Source of the DNA: the human T2T-CHM13v2.0 reference genome, Homo sapiens | Length of the DNA stretch: 64,000 nucleotides | Strand: one strand, 5' to 3' | Assembly (NCBI RefSeq): GCF_009914755.1 | Contig: NC_060925.1 | Shown: positions 62,940 to 64,000 of the stretch, in pieces | Numbering within the stretch: the first letter of the stretch is position 1 | How the letters are laid out: the number at the start of each line of letters is the position of its first letter | Made by a program: the position numbers and the translations under genes | The notes under the pieces: generated by a model | What the model was told of the DNA's origin: nothing | The model's input: the letters and a program-made list of their open reading frames with translations, nothing else | Database searches by the model: none

Positions 62940-64000
62940 CTCCCTCCCCCTCCCCCTCCCCCTCCCCCTCCCCCTCCCCCTCTCCCTCTTCCTCTCCCTC
63001 TCCCTCTCCCTCTCTCCACGGTCTCCTTCCACGGTCTCCCTCTGATGCCGAGCCAAAGCTGGACGGTACTGCTGCCATCTCGGCTCACTGCAACCTCCCT
63101 GCCTGATTCTCCTGCCTCAGCCTGCCGAGTGCCTGCGATTGCAGGCGCGCGCCGCCACGCCTGAGTGGTTTTCGTTTTTTTTTTGGTGGAGACGGGGTTT
63201 TGCTGTGTTGGCCGGGCTGGTCTCCAGCTCCTAACCGCGAGTGATCCGCCAGCCTCGGCCTCCCGAGGTGCCGGGATTGCAGACGGAGTCTCGTTCACTC
63301 AGTGCTCAATGGTGCCCAGGCTGGAGTGCAATGGCGTGATCTCGGCTCGCTACAACCTCCACCTCCCAGCCGCCTGCCTTGGCCCCCCAAAGTGCCGAGA
63401 TTGCAGCCTCTGCCCAGCCGCCACCCCGTCTGGGAAGTGAGGAGCGTCTCTGCCTGCCCCCCCATCGTCTGGGATATGAGGAGCCTCTCTGCCTGGCTGC
63501 CCAGTCTGGAAAGTGAGGAGCGTCTCTGCCCGGCCGCCATCCCATCTAGGAAGCGAGGAGCGCCTCTTCCCCGCCGCCATCCCATCTAGGAAGTGAGGAG
63601 CGTCTCTGCCCGGCCGCCCATCGTCTGAGATGTGGGGAGCACCTCTGCCCCGCCGCCCTGTCTGGGATGTGAGGAGCGCCTCTGCTGGGCCGCAACCCTG
63701 TCTGGGAGGTGAGGAGCGTCTCTGCCCGGCTGCCCCGTCTGAGAAGTGAGGAAACCCTCTGCCTAGCAACCGCCCCGTCTGAGAAGTGAGGAGCCCCTCC
63801 GTCCGGCAGCCACCCCGTCTGGGAAGTGAGGAGCCCCTCCGCCTGGCAGCCACCCCGTCTGGAAAGTGAGGAGCGTCTCCGCCCGGCAGCCACCCCGTCC
63901 GGGAGGGAGGTGGGGGGGGTCAGCCCCCCGCCCGGCCAGCCGCCCCGTCCGGGAGGTGAGGGGCTCCTCTGCCCGGCCGCCCCTACTGGGAAGTGAGGAG
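62940..64000 (+). mobile_element. SVA retrotransposon, 5' part (hexamer repeat, Alu-like domain, VNTR), truncated by window end
   Basis: (CCCCCT)n/(CCCTCT)n at 62942-63015; Alu-like region starting CCACGGTCTCCCTCTGATGCCGAGCC; GC-rich VNTR units (CCCCGTCTGGGAAGTGAGGAGC) from about 63420. Confidence 0.95.

Noticed and set aside
62854-63893. ORFs with GE/SP repeats and regularly spaced ~40-bp repeats resembling an array
   Set aside because: SVA hexamer and VNTR; the repeats are tandem with no unique spacers, so not CRISPR-like and not coding.

Overview
Human (primate) genomic DNA, recognisable as chr1q21.3. It contains the last three exons and 3'UTR of CGN (cingulin), then the complete 13-exon TUFT1 (tuftelin 1) gene on the + strand. 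I reconstructed TUFT1 from GT-AG junctions: CDS 4037..45371, 390 aa, CpG-island promoter, AATAAA at 47220. TUFT1 intron 1 hosts the MIR554 hairpin and a full-length RPS10 processed pseudogene. The window is very Alu-dense, with old L1/L2/MIR, LTR and DNA-transposon relics, and ends in the 5' part of an SVA. I see no convincing new multi-gene system, and almost all ORFs in the track are Alu/SVA/UTR noise. The most unusual things seen directly are small structural events. (1) A MER4-type solo LTR rearranged to carry a 107-bp, 106/107-identical inverted duplication. (2) A ~70-nt poly(A)-tailed micro-retrocopy with a 16-bp TSD next to MIR554. (3) A 32-bp templated copy of unique intronic DNA patched into an Alu 1.2 kb away. 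(4) A perfect 16-bp AT-rich hairpin. Repeat subfamily names come from memory of consensus sequences, and repeat boundaries are approximate.
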